Shown: piece by piece, positions 1 through 14,148 of the stretch
Position numbering within the stretch: the first letter of the stretch is position 1
Layout of the letters: every line of letters begins with the position of its first letter
NCBI GenBank assembly: GCA_044892525.1
Contig: CM097885.1
Span: 36,892,001 to 36,956,000 of the forward strand
Length of the DNA: 64,000 nt
Reading direction: 5' to 3'
DNA from: Schmidtea polychroa
Taxonomy: Eukaryota
Notes under the pieces: generated by a model
The model's input: only the letters and a program-made list of their open reading frames with translations
Told to the model about the DNA's origin: nothing
Database searches by the model: none
Position numbers and translations under genes: made by a program

Positions 1-107
1 ATTTTTAAGAAATATTTTTCAATGATAATTTTAGATGGAAATTTTTAAGATAATTTTTAATGAAAATTTTTATGAAATATTTTTCAAAGACAAATTTTAA
101 TAATAAT

Positions 108-1130
108 TCAACAACAAACCAACAACTTAGTACCAACAACCAGTAACTTACGAACATGTATTAACAACCAGATACCTACAACTAGTTACTAACAACCAGT
201 TACCTGATACCAGATACCTACCAACTACTTACAACCAAAATCAACCAGATACCTACAACTAGTTACTAACAACCAAAATCAACCAGATACCTACAACTAG
301 TTACTAACAACCAATTACCTGCTACCAAGTACTTACAACTAGATACCACGTACTAAATAACTCTCAAACAACCAAGTACCTACAACAAATTACCAGATAC
401 CAAGTACCTACAACTAGTTACTAACAACTAGTTACCTGATACTAAGTACCTACAACCACCTAACAAGTACTAACAACCAAAAACAAGCAACCAACCAGGT
501 ACCAGATACCACCTACTAAGTACCAACAACCAACTAGCTACCAGATACCTACAACTAGATACTAACAACTAGATACCAAGTACCTACAACCACCTACCCA
601 TTAACTAGCTACCAAGTACTAACAACTAGGTCTCAAACAACTAAATACTAACAACCAGTTACCAACTACTAAGCATTAATTACCTACAACTAGTTACTAA
701 CAACTAGATACCAAGTACTTACAACCACCATCAACCAGGTACTAAGCATCATCAACTAACTACCAAGTACTTACAACTAGATACTAACAACCAGTTACCT
801 GCTACCAAGTACTTACAACTAGTTACTAACAACCAACCAACTAGGTACTAGATACCAAGTACTTACAACCGACAACAACCAGTTAATAAGCATTATTAAC
901 CAACTACTAAGTACCTACAACCTACAACTAGATACTAACAACCAGTTACCTGATACCAAATACTTACAACTAGATACCAAGTACTATCAACCAAAAACAA
1001 CCAACCAACTAGGTACTAGATACCAAGCACTCACAACCAACATCAACCAGGTACTAGATACCAAGTACTAACAACCAAGTAACTTACCTAGTAATAAGCA
1101 CTGTCAACTAGGTACCAAGCACTTACAAGC
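108..1130. repeat. Degenerate AC-rich minisatellite (ACAACTAG/TACCAAG/ACTAAC modules) in left arm; mirrored at ~31070-32390
   Basis: Visible shuffled short modules with strong strand asymmetry; inverted copy present in the right arm. Confidence 0.85.
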
Positions 1131-1434
1131 AGATGACCACATGAAATTATTGGTTAAATATGAAAATAAGGGTTATAATTAGTTGTTAAGTAAATTATGG
1201 TGTAAAATTAAGAAATAAAGAATAATTAGGTAAATTAAAGTAATAATTTTTAAAAAAGTAAATTAAGGTTCAAATTTTAAATTAAATAAGTAAATTAAAG
1301 TAATAATTTTTAAATAATTAATGTACTAAGTAAATTAAACTAAGATTTTTAAATTTATTATCAAAAGATTGAATAACCACCAACCTTTTTGAGAAATGTA
1401 ATTTATAATGGAAATTTAAATGGAAATTTAAATG

Positions 1435-1549
<115 letters not shown>

Positions 1550-1969
1550 TCAACAGTTACCAACCAACCAGTTACCTGATACCAAGTACTTACAACTAGT
1601 TACTAACAAATACTTACAACATGATACCACGTACTAACTAACTCTCAAACAACCAGATACTTACAATTAACTACTAAATATTCTTCACTGTATTTTATGA
1701 AATGCTTTTTAAATTATTTTTTTATCTATCTTCAAAAATATATTTAATTACAATCATTAGAAAAACCTTTTCAAATTTAACAAAAATGTTGATTTTCATC
1801 AAAAAACCACAACTCATCACCACGTGGAATTCAAAATAATTACAATGAAAGACTAATGAATTCTAATTTACAAAACATTCTTCTTTTAAATGATAACTAC
1901 TGACTTATTACTGCAAAGTAAAAATCGCATTCAATAAATACTTATTGTTGATCAGTTTTATTATATATA

Positions 1970-4900
1970 CTCTGAGTTTATCCGACAGGATGTTTTGACC
2001 CCCTAAGGGTACAGGTCGTAAGGGTACTAGTCGTAAGGGTACTGGTCGTAAGGGTATTAGTCGTAAGGGTACTGGTCGTAAAGGTACTAGTCGTAGGGGT
2101 ATTGATCACTCTCAATCCCCACCTACTCATTAATTAGCTACCATGTACTAACCACTAGGTTTCAAACAACTAAATACTAAACACTTACAACCATGTACTA
2201 ACAACCACCATCAAAACCCATCGAGAAATTAACAAATATCAACCTACAACTAGATACTTACAACCAGATACCTGCTACCAAGTACCAAGTACTAACAACC
2301 AACTACTTACAACCAACAACTATGTACTAACAAATTGATCTTTAAAAGCAAATACTCATCACTTGAAAAAATTAGATGAAAAATTAATTGAACTCAAGGC
2401 ACTTTTAAGATATTTGAACTCAAGGCATCAATAACTTGGTAAAAATTGATTAAATTATTGTAAAAATTTAAATTATTCAAAATATACTAAATTAAAAAAA
2501 TATAATTAATAGACAAGAAAGAACTTTAAATTCTAGTCGTTGATCATTCAAGTTAATATGAATCAACTAAGATAATAAATTAATAAGAATTTTGAAATAA
2601 GATCTAGTAGATAATTGATTTAGATTGAATAAATTAATTGAAATAAAATTAAATTTAATTATTTTTTTAAAAGTAATACATGTACTCAAATTGATTGACT
2701 GATTGCTCAAAATATTCAAAAAATCAGTATAAATGCATTACAATTATCAAAGTCAGCAATCTACAATAAAAATAATTATCATTAAATTCCAAAAGAGACT
2801 AGATAACTAATGATAACATCTAACAAACCAGTAAATTCATTTAAATGACAATAATTGGTATATCCAAGTGAATTCTCCAATAAAATCATCTAAAAAGAAT
2901 CATTTTCCCTGAAATATATCAATATTTAAAGATTGGTATTTTAATGATAAGTACTTGTTAAAGATCATATATTCACCTCAAACTAACAAGATTCCTTAAA
3001 ATCCCCTTAAATGACTACATTTCTATCCTTAATTCATATTATTACAAATATCATCTAAAAAGCATCAAATTTCATTGAAATAACACTATCTTTAAAGATT
3101 GATATTTTAATGATAAGTACCCTTAAAAGACTATATATTCACCTCAAACTAACAAGATTCCTTAAAATCTCTTAAATGACTATATTTCTACCCTTAATCC
3201 ATATTATTACAAATATTTCACTAAAATCATCTAAAAAGCATCAAATTTCCCTGAAATAACTATCTTTAAAGATTAGTATTTTATCGATAAATATCCTTAA
3301 AAGGTTATATATTTACCTCAGACTAATAAGATTGCTTAAAATCCCCTTTAAATGACTTTAATTCCTATTATCACGAATATTATAAAACATGTAAAATAAT
3401 TTGGTCATTAACCCTAAATAATTGATAAAATCTAATGATAAAACCGGTTATAATTAAATTTTTGTTAATCACTGTACTCGAAATTTAAAATAAATATAAC
3501 TGACTAGGTCCCATTAAAAGATTAAATTTATCCATTCAATAAAATATATTTCTTCAAATGGTCAACTTTTGTCGTTGTCTGTCTAAATAAAGATAAAAAT
3601 AATTTAAAGTTGATATCAATCCTATTTATCTGAAAGTTTTCATCGTCAAAACCAAGTAAATCGATCATTATCCCTACTTAATAGAACATTGTTCTAAAAC
3701 ATAAATCTAAATTAATATACAATGAATTAATCACAACCTAATAAAACGATATAATTATTATTGATACATAACTGACTAATTGACATTTCCCTTAAAACAA
3801 TGATATTTTACCAACATCGCCATTAAAAAAATCATATATTCCCATCTTAACCCATGTCTCATTAAATTTAACCGACTATATTCCCATCTTAACCCATCCT
3901 TCATTAAATTCAATCGACTATATCTCCCTTACAATGATATATTCCTACCTTATCCGATCTCTCATTAAATTCAATCGACTATATCTCCCTTACAATGATA
4001 TATTCCCACCTTATCTGATCTCTCATTAAATCTAACCGACTATATCCCCTCAAAAGATCATATATTCCCATCTTAATCGATTTCTTATTAAAGTCAATCG
4101 ACTATATCTCCCTTACAATGATCTATTTCCATCTTAACCCATCCTTAATTAAATCTAACCGACTATATCTCCCTTAAAAGATCATATTTTCCCATCTTAA
4201 TCGATCTCTTATTAAATATTTCTACCTCTTTAAACATCTAACCAAATATATCCTTCAATTCTACCCACTTGAATCCTCCTTTAATTCAGTCAATCCTCTT
4301 AAAATCCTTAAAGAATTCTTCAAAAAAAAATGAATTTTCATAAACACCAGGCATTCTTCCATTGAAATAATTTAGAAGCTAAATAATAAGAGCCCTCTAA
4401 AAGATCAAAATTTACTAAAATTTTCTACAAATATTTACCATCAAATACCTAACTAGAGATGATATATATTGGTTGATCATAATTCTTCATCGATTCAGCC
4501 AATCATTTTCAAGCAATAACAGCAAACTAAATTTCTTTATATCCTACAATAATTATCAAGTAAATTTAAAGTCATTGATAAAGTTGGTTTCTTAGCTTAG
4601 GTTTTAAAAGTTCATCAATGAGTAAATATTCTTAGAAAATTATTGAAAAAAATTATCTAGTCAAGTATATTACAAAGTTATCATCAAAAAATTATTCTAT
4701 CACTTCATTATTAACTTAATTATTTTTATTTAAAAACTATTCAATAAAATACAACTAATTATCAAGAAATTAATTAAATTTATCAATTAAATTTATCAGT
4801 CAACATGAAATTCTTAGAAAATTGTTCAATATCCTCATAAAAATTTATCCTATCACTTGATTATTGTACAAACTCTAATTATTAACCTCATTGAAAATAA

Positions 4901-5307
4901 TTTTTATTTAAAATTAAAAATACATCCAATTATCAAGAAATTAATTAAATTTATCTTAGAACTAACTTTAAATTATTAAATATTCATTCAATAAACATGA
5001 AATTTGCAAAAATGTTAGAAATCCACAAAAATAATAGAAATTTACAAAAATCAAAGAAATTCACAAAAACGATAAAAATTCACAAAAATGATAGAAATTC
5101 ATAAAAAAGATAGAAATTTACTTGAATAAAACCATCAACTCTAAAAATTATCAATGAATGCCTTATACAAATTTGCCTAAATAATCATTCAAATAAAAGC
5201 ATTAAATACCTTTACGACTAATACACTTACGACATGTTGAATGTGAGTAGTACCCTTGTGAGCAATACCCATAGGGGGACAGAATATTTTGTCGGATAAA
5301 CTCAGAG
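1970..5307. mobile_element. Non-autonomous TIR DNA transposon (TA-flanked) nested in the palindrome arm; second copy 8455-30239 interrupted by the LTR element
   Basis: Perfect 18-bp TIR CTCTGAGTTTATCCGACA / TGTCGGATAAACTCAGAG with TA on both sides. It has 15-bp subterminal tandem repeats (TAAGGGTACTAGTCG), an internal ~58-bp tandem array at ~3830-4220, and no ORF. Confidence 0.75.
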
Positions 5308-6905
5308 TATATATTAATTAACTCATTCTTCATTGAATCAGTAAAATTATCATAAATTTCGATAAAAATTCTAAAGTGGTAAGCAATGTAAAGAGAAATA
5401 TTCTTTAAACTTTGATAAAATTAACAATGAAGGTGGTAAGAATCTTCATTAAAGTGAGGAAATTATTCATTACTCGATTCAAATGGGTGAAAATAATTGG
5501 TAAAATAATTCATTAATGGATCATGAGAGGAAAATACTGAGAAGTGGCATAGATAACATGAAGGTTGATAAGAATGGAAATATATTATTTAAAATTATTT
5601 CATAAAATTCATAAATTTAATAAAAAAAAAACTTTTAAAACAAATATTTGTGGGGATGTTTTAAGTGAATAATTAATCAAAATCGGTGGAATATAAGTAG
5701 AAAATCGGGGGGGTGAGGGTTATAAGTGAATAACTAATGGAAAATCGGTGGAAAATATAGGGATTAAATAGTGGAGAATAATAGTGAATATAAGTGAGGA
5801 GGATATATAATTTAAACTATTTTATTACATAACAAGCCGTGACTAGTTTATTACATAACAAGCCGCGACTATTTTATTACATAACAAGCTGTGATTGGTA
5901 TTTTACCAACATTTTACCTAGTATATAATTTAATTTTAATTGTATTTTTAATATATTATTGTTTAATTCTAATGATAAGTTTAAATAGTCTTTAATGATT
6001 AATAAATTAATATCTTGAGAATTTAAAAAACTTTACTTAAAATTTTTGAAGTATTTAATTTTGATTGTATTTTATAAGATATATATTCGAGTATTAGCTT
6101 ATTTTGATTGAACTTTCATATTTAATATTATGATGATTGTTTTCTAAATAGAAATATTTAGTGTAAAATAGTAAATTAAATAATGACTAGTATACAATAT
6201 TAAAGGACTTTAAAAAAAATTTACTTTCTATTACCTAATTCCATCATTAAGCTTTAAAAGTCTATAACTGTTAATAAATTAATTTCTTATTCACATTTAC
6301 CTATAAAATTTATATTTTTAAATTTAGTGTAAAGAATTTAATTTTAATTGTATTTTATAAGTCATTTATTTGAATTTTTATCTTATTATTGAAAAGAATA
6401 ATATAATTCATATTATGATATTTGTTTTCGAAATACTTTGTGTAAAATAGTAAATTTTATAATAAAAAGCTATTTTTGTAATATTAGAGTACCTAGTCAT
6501 AAATTTGATAAAAAATAATGACCTAAGTTACTTTTTATTTCTATTACATATTTCCGTCAATAAGTTTAGAAGTATATAACTGGTAATAGATTAATTTCTT
6601 ATTTACAATATTTGAGAATTTGAAAAACTTATAAAATGTTTATTGTATTTTATAAGACTCATGTTTGAATATTAACTTATTTTGATTGAAAAGGGTAATT
6701 GATTTAGAAATTATTTAGTGTAAATCAAAACATTTAAATTATTAAGGTATTAAAGTACCTATTCAAAAATTAAAAAAAAAAGACCTAATCAATAATTTTC
6801 AATAAAATACTATTCACAGCTTGTTATGTAATAAACTAGTCACGGCTTGTTATGTAATAAACTAGTCGCGGCTTGTTACGTAATAAAATAGTTTAAATTA
6901 TATAT

Positions 6906-7946
6906 CAAGGGTGGGCACGCATGGGTTCAATAAGAGCCATTTTCCGAAAATTTATTTTTTACAGAGCCACCATAGTAAAGTACATATTTTTTTTTATTTC
7001 ATTAATTTGATTAAAGAGACTTAAACGCTATTAAAAAAAACAAAATAATTATTTCAAACATTAAGTAACAAACATAAAAATCCATTAATAAAAAGTAATA
7101 AAATTTCTTGAATTAACGAAGACTTTTGGTCAAATCTTTGAAATTTGGTGTATACTTTGTTAAAGCTGTTCGCAGCAATTCTGTAAGATGCTGATTGGTC
7201 AACTGTGAACGATATTTCGACTTTACGAATTTCATTGTGGAGTACAAAGATTCACAACAATATGTTGTACCAAAAATTGAAATTAGACGGCAAGCAGCTT
7301 GTTCTAAGTGTGGATATTTTGCCTCTGGTACGAGTTTCCAAAATTCAACTATAGAAGTAGATTTATGGTGCATTTGCAAAGCCTGGTCCTCTTTCATATC
7401 TAATAACTCCAATTCCCCAACCGCTTTTTTAACAAGTATTACTTCAGAAATTGGAAATCCATCTTCAATAATATCACAAATAAATGGGTTCACAAAAAAT
7501 GCAAATGTAGATTTATAACTTTTTAAATCTTCAAACCTACATTTGAAATCCGCTTGCAATTCTTCCAATTCTACCAAATTTTTCAAAAAACACGAATAGA
7601 AAACTATACTAAAATATACAAACGACCGCAATCTTGTACAAACAAAATAATAACCAATCAAAATTCACTAAATTTATTTTTGATGCTTCTCTCTCGTTGT
7701 TATAACAAAGCGCCGCCTACTACAAAATAATTTTAAAAAGCAGTAAAATGTGAAAAACAATGTTTCGTTAATTTTTGACATTTATGAAAATACAATTGCA
7801 ACAAAAAATTTTTTCTCAAAACATTTAGTGAAAAATTTCAAAATAAAAAATCGAATTCGATTATCAAGAATTCAATTATCAATGAGCCGCAGTTTACTCA
7901 ACGAAGAGCCGCATGCGGCTCTAAGAGCCGCATTTGCCCACCGTTG
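6906..7946 (-). mobile_element. hAT (Buster/Charlie-like) internal-deletion derivative
   Basis: TIRs CAAGGGTGGGCA / TGCCCACCGTTG; 8-bp TSD TTATATAT at 6898-6905 and 7947-7954; retains transposase C-terminus. Confidence 0.9.
7113..7590 (-). pseudogene. hAT transposase C-terminal dimerisation-domain fragment
   Basis: FWKLVPEAKYPHLEQAACRLISIFGTTYCCESLYSTMKFVKSKYRSQLTNQHL matches the Buster/GTF2IRD2-type hAT C-terminal signature. Confidence 0.85.
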
Positions 7947-9105
7947 TTATATATCCTCCTCACTTATATTCACTATTATTCTCCACTATTTAATCCCTAT
8001 ATTTTCCACCGATTTTCCATTAGTTATTCACTTATAACCCTCACCCCCCCCCCCCCGATTTTCTACTTATATTCCACCGATTTTGATTAATTATTCACTT
8101 AAAACATCCCCACAAATATTTGTTTTAAAAGTTTTTTTTTATTAAATTTATGAATTTTATGAAATAATTTTAAATAATATATTTCCATTCTTATCAACCT
8201 TCATGTTATCTATGCCACTTCTCAGTATTTTCCTCTCATGATCCATTAATGAATTATTTTACCAATTATTTTCACCCATTTGAATCGAGTAATGAATAAT
8301 TTCCTCACTTTAATGAAGATTCTTACCACCTTCATTGTTAATTTTATCAAAGTTTAAAGAATATTTCTCTTTACATTGCTTACCACTTTAGAATTTTTAT
8401 CGAAATTTATGATAATTTTACTGATTCAATGAAGAATGAGTTAATTAATATATACTCTGAGTTTATCCGACAAAATATTCTGTCCCCCTATGGGTATTGC
8501 TCACAAGGGTACTACTCACATTCAACATGTCGTAAGTGTATTAGTCGTAAAGGTATTTAATGCTTTTATTTGAATGATTATTTAGGCAAATTTGTATAAG
8601 GCATTCATTGATAATTTTTAGAGTTGATGGTTTTATTCAAGTAAATTTCTATCTTTTTTATGAATTTCTATCATTTTTGTGAATTTTTATCGTTTTTGTG
8701 AATTTCTTTGATTTTTGTAAATTTCTATTATTTTTGTGGATTTCTAACATTTTTGCAAATTTCATGTTTATTGAATGAATATTTAATAATTTAAAGTTAG
8801 TTCTAAGATAAATTTAATTAATTTCTTGATAATTGGATGTATTTTTAATTTTAAATAAAAATTATTTTCAATGAGGTTAATAATTAGAGTTTGTACAATA
8901 ATCAAGTGATAGGATAAATTTTTATGAGGATATTGAACAATTTTCTAAGAATTTCATGTTGACTGATAAATTTAATTGATAAATTTAATTAATTTCTTGA
9001 TAATTAGTTGTATTTTATTGAATAGTTTTTAAATAAAAATAATTAAGTTAATAATGAAGTGATAGAATAATTTTTTGATGATAACTTTGTAATATATTTG
9101 ACTAG

Positions 9106-10719
9106 TGGTGGGTTACTGATGATCAAATATTTTGCTCTTTAGTGCTGTTACCAGCGTAACCCAAGATACAACATTGTTTACCGCTTGATACCCGTTGAGC
9201 GATCAACGTTGGTACTGTATCAAGAGGGTGAGTGCTCGCAAAAAGTGAGCGCACTGCTTGCACTGTAATTGTCGAACACTCCTTTGGGTTCACGGACTAC
9301 CGTTAGAAGGTTTATGTCCGCTTTACATGGTCCCTGTCGTCGGATAGTGCTCCCGATAACCTGTTAACGTGTCTTGTATTCTTCCACGGTGTCAGCCCAC
9401 CCCACCATTCGTATAAATCATCATTATTCATGGGTCAATCTGTCCTACCTTCCCTGAAGATGGGTCAACTTTTCCGTCTTCGTTGGATCTCCTTGCGTCT
9501 GAAATCTAAATGAGATTCGTTACCTAAAGTTGTCCATTGCCCTACTTAATTATGGTTTAAATGCTCATCGCGTCTGGTCCACTCTGTCAACCTATCCCGA
9601 CAAGCTACCTAGACCGCCTTATCACACCATTCCACGAAAATTTGCAACTAGTCTAAATTTTAATCTTATATTAATTTAGCCTAAAACTAATATTCCATCG
9701 GAAAAATTAAAATTTTATAATAAATTAAAGTAATAAATCTTTAACCCAAATTAATAAATTAAGTTAGTGCAAAATTAAAATTTTATAATAAATTAAAGTA
9801 ATAAATCTTTAACTTAAATTAATAAATTAAGTTATATTATTAAATATTTGTTTTAAATGATGACGTGATAGTCATTTACTTATCACCTCAAAGCGGTGAA
9901 TTTAAATTTTTATATTTATTCAGGAATTAAATTTTCAAGTAATTATGTATGCAATTGCCACTGTATGCGACCTCGCTGAGAAAGAAGCACTAGCATCGAA
10001 CTTTGTTTTCGAAATGCTTGCTTCTTCCTCAGTTGCGGCAGTCAGCAGTGGCACAATCCACACTTATCCTCATTCAGTTTGGTAATTTATATTGTTACAT
10101 CTATTTTCACTAATTTTTCAGGTACAAGTTAGCAGGAATTGTTCCCTTTTTTAGGTTCTGTTCACTCGCTGTGGCTATTTTAGTAGATTGTGGAGAGGCT
10201 TATTTTTAAATATTCGAACGGAAAGTTTACAACTGAAATCGATTTCAAACCCAAAATAGAAATACTAGTCGGAGCACACGGGTATAAATTACTTAGTAAA
10301 CTTTTCAGGAAAAGGTGAATTTCCATTCATTATTGGAATTCTATCGGCTCTCAAAACGAACAATTTACACAATAAAAGTTCCTATTTTGTTTAGTTATTT
10401 CTTCTTTTTATTCATTCATTCTTATACTTTCTTATTCTATGTATAATAATAATAATAATAACATTGATAGCTGTAATAATAATAATAGTAATAATAATAA
10501 TAATGATGATAATAATAATCGTAGTAATAATAATAACACTAAGGGTAATAATGAGAATAATAATACATGCAAAATCAAAAAAAAATTTTAGGATTATAGG
10601 ACGACTAGAATTAACCTTAATTCCTGTTATTATACAACTTGGGGTCTTTATGGGGAAGGGTGGTCATATTTTTATAAGGTTATTTTATAAATCTATATAT
10701 ACATACACCCATCCACACC

Positions 10720-10751
<32 letters not shown>

Positions 10752-10991
10752 TATATATACATATATACATATACATATACACACATACCTATATATGGAT
10801 ATAATTTAAATTAATAATATTGATGTCGTTTTCCGGGGGGGGGGGTGTTACTAAAAATAGATTTTAGTGATTTTCCGTAATTTTATTGGAAGATAGGGCC
10901 ATTGAAACTAAATTTAGAGATAGGGGAATCCCAAAATCAATAATTTGTTTTATAATTTTATTTTTATGAAATCAAGATAATTATTTTAATA

Positions 10992-11024
<33 letters not shown>

Positions 11025-11072
11025 TAATAGTAATAATAATAGTAAGAGTGATAATGTTACTGGTAACAATGC

Positions 11073-11170
<98 letters not shown>

Positions 11171-11544
11171 GTAAATTTATATTTTTATAAGATTACTACC
11201 TATGGGGGGGGGGGGGATCATTTACGAAAATTTATGGAATATAATTTAACTCTATACGAAGATGACACAATTCAGTATACCTAAGGAATAGTTAATGGCT
11301 ACATGATTTGAAAGGGGGTCCTTTATGAAAATTTTCAATTTATATTTTAAAATATAATATAAGTTAAATATATATTAAGATAAGTTAATTTAGTATGCTT
11401 AGGTAATGGGTAATGACTGTATGATTTTGAGGGGGGTCATTCATAAAAATTTACAATTTATATTTTTAAATATAATATAAGTTAAATGTATATTAAGATA
11501 AGTTAATTTAGTATGCTTAGGTAATGGGTAATGACTGTATGATT
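9106..11544 (-). repeat. 3' LTR (visible part; truncated by assembly gap)
   Basis: Near-identical to 22661-~25100; by eye differs only in homopolymer/microsatellite lengths. Confidence 0.9.
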
Positions 11545-12044
11545 NNNNNNNNNNNNNNNNNNNNNNNNNNNNNNNNNNNNNNNNNNNNNNNNNNNNNNNN
11601 NNNNNNNNNNNNNNNNNNNNNNNNNNNNNNNNNNNNNNNNNNNNNNNNNNNNNNNNNNNNNNNNNNNNNNNNNNNNNNNNNNNNNNNNNNNNNNNNNNNN
11701 NNNNNNNNNNNNNNNNNNNNNNNNNNNNNNNNNNNNNNNNNNNNNNNNNNNNNNNNNNNNNNNNNNNNNNNNNNNNNNNNNNNNNNNNNNNNNNNNNNNN
11801 NNNNNNNNNNNNNNNNNNNNNNNNNNNNNNNNNNNNNNNNNNNNNNNNNNNNNNNNNNNNNNNNNNNNNNNNNNNNNNNNNNNNNNNNNNNNNNNNNNNN
11901 NNNNNNNNNNNNNNNNNNNNNNNNNNNNNNNNNNNNNNNNNNNNNNNNNNNNNNNNNNNNNNNNNNNNNNNNNNNNNNNNNNNNNNNNNNNNNNNNNNNN
12001 NNNNNNNNNNNNNNNNNNNNNNNNNNNNNNNNNNNNNNNNNNNN
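11545..12044. other. Assembly gap (500 N), true size unknown
   Basis: N run begins inside the ~119-bp tandem array of the LTR; about 2.4 kb of expected LTR plus the PPT is missing. Confidence 0.99.
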
Positions 12045-12479
12045 TGACCTCAATACCCACATACATAAAAAGTTTCTACTGATACGCTACATGCTACAGA
12101 TTGGTTTAAAGATGAAGAGAAAGAAGACCACGGTCGGTCCACACAAAATTTAATTAAATTGTTATGCTCAAATAATATCAAAGTAATATATAATATTGGC
12201 ATCAAATCACAATAATAGTCAAATCATATCATTGTCGAATCATGTCAGGATCATTGTTAAATCACATCTAGATCATTTTCAGATCATTGTCAATCGAATC
12301 GGGATCATTTTCAACACATAAATCATTTTCAGATCATTGTCAATTGAATCAGGATCATTGTCAACACATGATAAGAACATTGTCAATCAACTCAAGATTG
12401 TTGTCATATTATATCAGGATCATTGTCGGTTTATATCAGGATTTAAATACTTGGTTGTTCGGGATCCCATCTCGATGAC

Positions 12480-13900
12480 GGCTCTAGATTTGAAGGTTGT
12501 AGAAGATAGATTTGATAGATTTAGTCTCTGGGTATTGGTTCTTCTATTAGAATGCGAATGCTTCGGAATTGTTCTTTCAACTTGAGTTTTTGTACTTTCA
12601 TGGATTTGAGTGGGATTAAGGGCTATCAAGCTCAGTATTGTTATTTATCATGAGATTCGCTGTTAACAGGATCGGTACTGTTATGGATTCGGGGTTTTCT
12701 TTACATTCAAATTTTTTTTCTTCTTCTGCTGCCCTTGTTTTGATTGTCACTTCTTTCTTTAGCTCTCGTCACATGCTCACTGTTTTAATTAGTTGGATTG
12801 TATCAGTCGAGTTGAGTTCTTCTTCGAGGTTATTTGATTTAGTGTGTAGGTTTTTTTTTTTTTTTTTTTTTGACAGTTGTCATTACTCCTTTCTAGATTT
12901 CCATGAGCATCTTTATTAGGACATTTTAGTATACGAAGTCTGCGTTGAAGGTAGTTGATATTCTCATTTTTATTCCTTCTAACGTTTTGGTCATTGTCTC
13001 ATGGTTCATCGGGATTTTGTTCATAGTTGTTATTATTTCCATCTATATCTCTCTCAATGTTTTTATTTTTTCATCTTGAGTAATTAGCTTTTCTTTGACT
13101 GCGTTATTTACCCTTTCCTTTATTTCTTCGAGCGTCTTTGTTTCATAGTTGCTCGGACATTCGTTGACAGTCATCATTATTTTCTGCTTTATTTCTTCTA
13201 AGATTTTTATTATTATTGTCATCTGGGGTGTGGCTGATTCTTGCTGTGGTTCTCTCTTTAACTTCTGCTTTTCTTGTTACAAGTCGTGTAGTACCTCCAT
13301 GGCATAATCTACATCCATATAGGGTTTGACGTGCTCTTATTAATAATCTTTGTCCGCACACAATAGTCTCTCCTCGAATTCATCTGACTTGACCTAATAT
13401 TTTCTTTTCAGCTCATAGTTAATAGTTTTGTTCCTCCACTTCTCTCCACTTTCTCTCGGCATTCTGCCATGATAGCGTTTAATCTCGGAGCTTCTACTTT
13501 GGCTATAATTTTGTTTGTTTACAGGGCTACTTTCCCTTCTTTTATGTCTCTCCTGTTGAGTCCGGTTCCCCAGTTCCTGGTAGGTCGGTTATCCACTCAA
13601 CTTAACTCGTGATATCATCATGCTGACGGTCTTCGCGTAATCTCCTGATTTCTCCTGTCTACCATTTTATTTGGCTTATCAACTGTTTGTTATTGTATTC
13701 TTATTGTGCGATTATTTGTTGTTGCTCTTTTATTCTTGTTACATATATCGAGTTTCTATTGATGCTCTCCATTAACGCATTCTAATTACGTAACCGATAT
13801 TCATGGGTATGGTTTGTCATTTGATATTAATTCACATTGTGTTATTCACATTGATCCTGCTGACTAACTTGGTTGGTTTATCGTTGTACTTGTATCAATT
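12480..13900 (-). pseudogene. Decayed second ORF of the LTR element (helical/charged protein, unknown function)
   Basis: One minus frame over ~12880-13420 reads ...KSDEFEERLLCADKDY**EHVKPYMDVDYAMEVLHDL*QEKQKLKREPQ...KILEEIKQK...TLEEIKERVNNAVKEKLI..., broken by isolated TAA/TAG; outer bounds approximate. Confidence 0.5.
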
Positions 13901-14148
13901 TCTACTATTTATGTCTGATTAATGTTTACTAGTGGTTGATTTCCCAATTCAACAACATGTGGTATCCTCGTTTGATATACTTGATCCTCGTTTCTCTGAT
14001 TCATTTCTTATTTACAATACGTAGTTATCATACCCATTTTTTTTTGTACTTTTTTTTTTTTTTTTTTTTTTGAACATATTACTAATCTACTAAACTACTT
14101 TTACCCTCACGTTTATATACACACTATTTACATCGACTCATCACTTTC

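Noticed and set aside
5806..6905. Apparent MITE with TIRs at the palindrome centre
   Set aside because: After removing the hAT insertion its 'TIRs' are simply the innermost part of the giant arms.
9114..9150. CTGATGA at the LTR end as a hammerhead core
   Set aside because: No stem II followed by GAAA.
11503..12153. ORFs full of X
   Set aside because: Artefacts of the N gap.
12880..13420. TAA/TAG reassignment (ciliate-type code) to explain in-frame stops
   Set aside because: The Rho, RING and Gag ORFs end normally at TAA; simple decay explains it.
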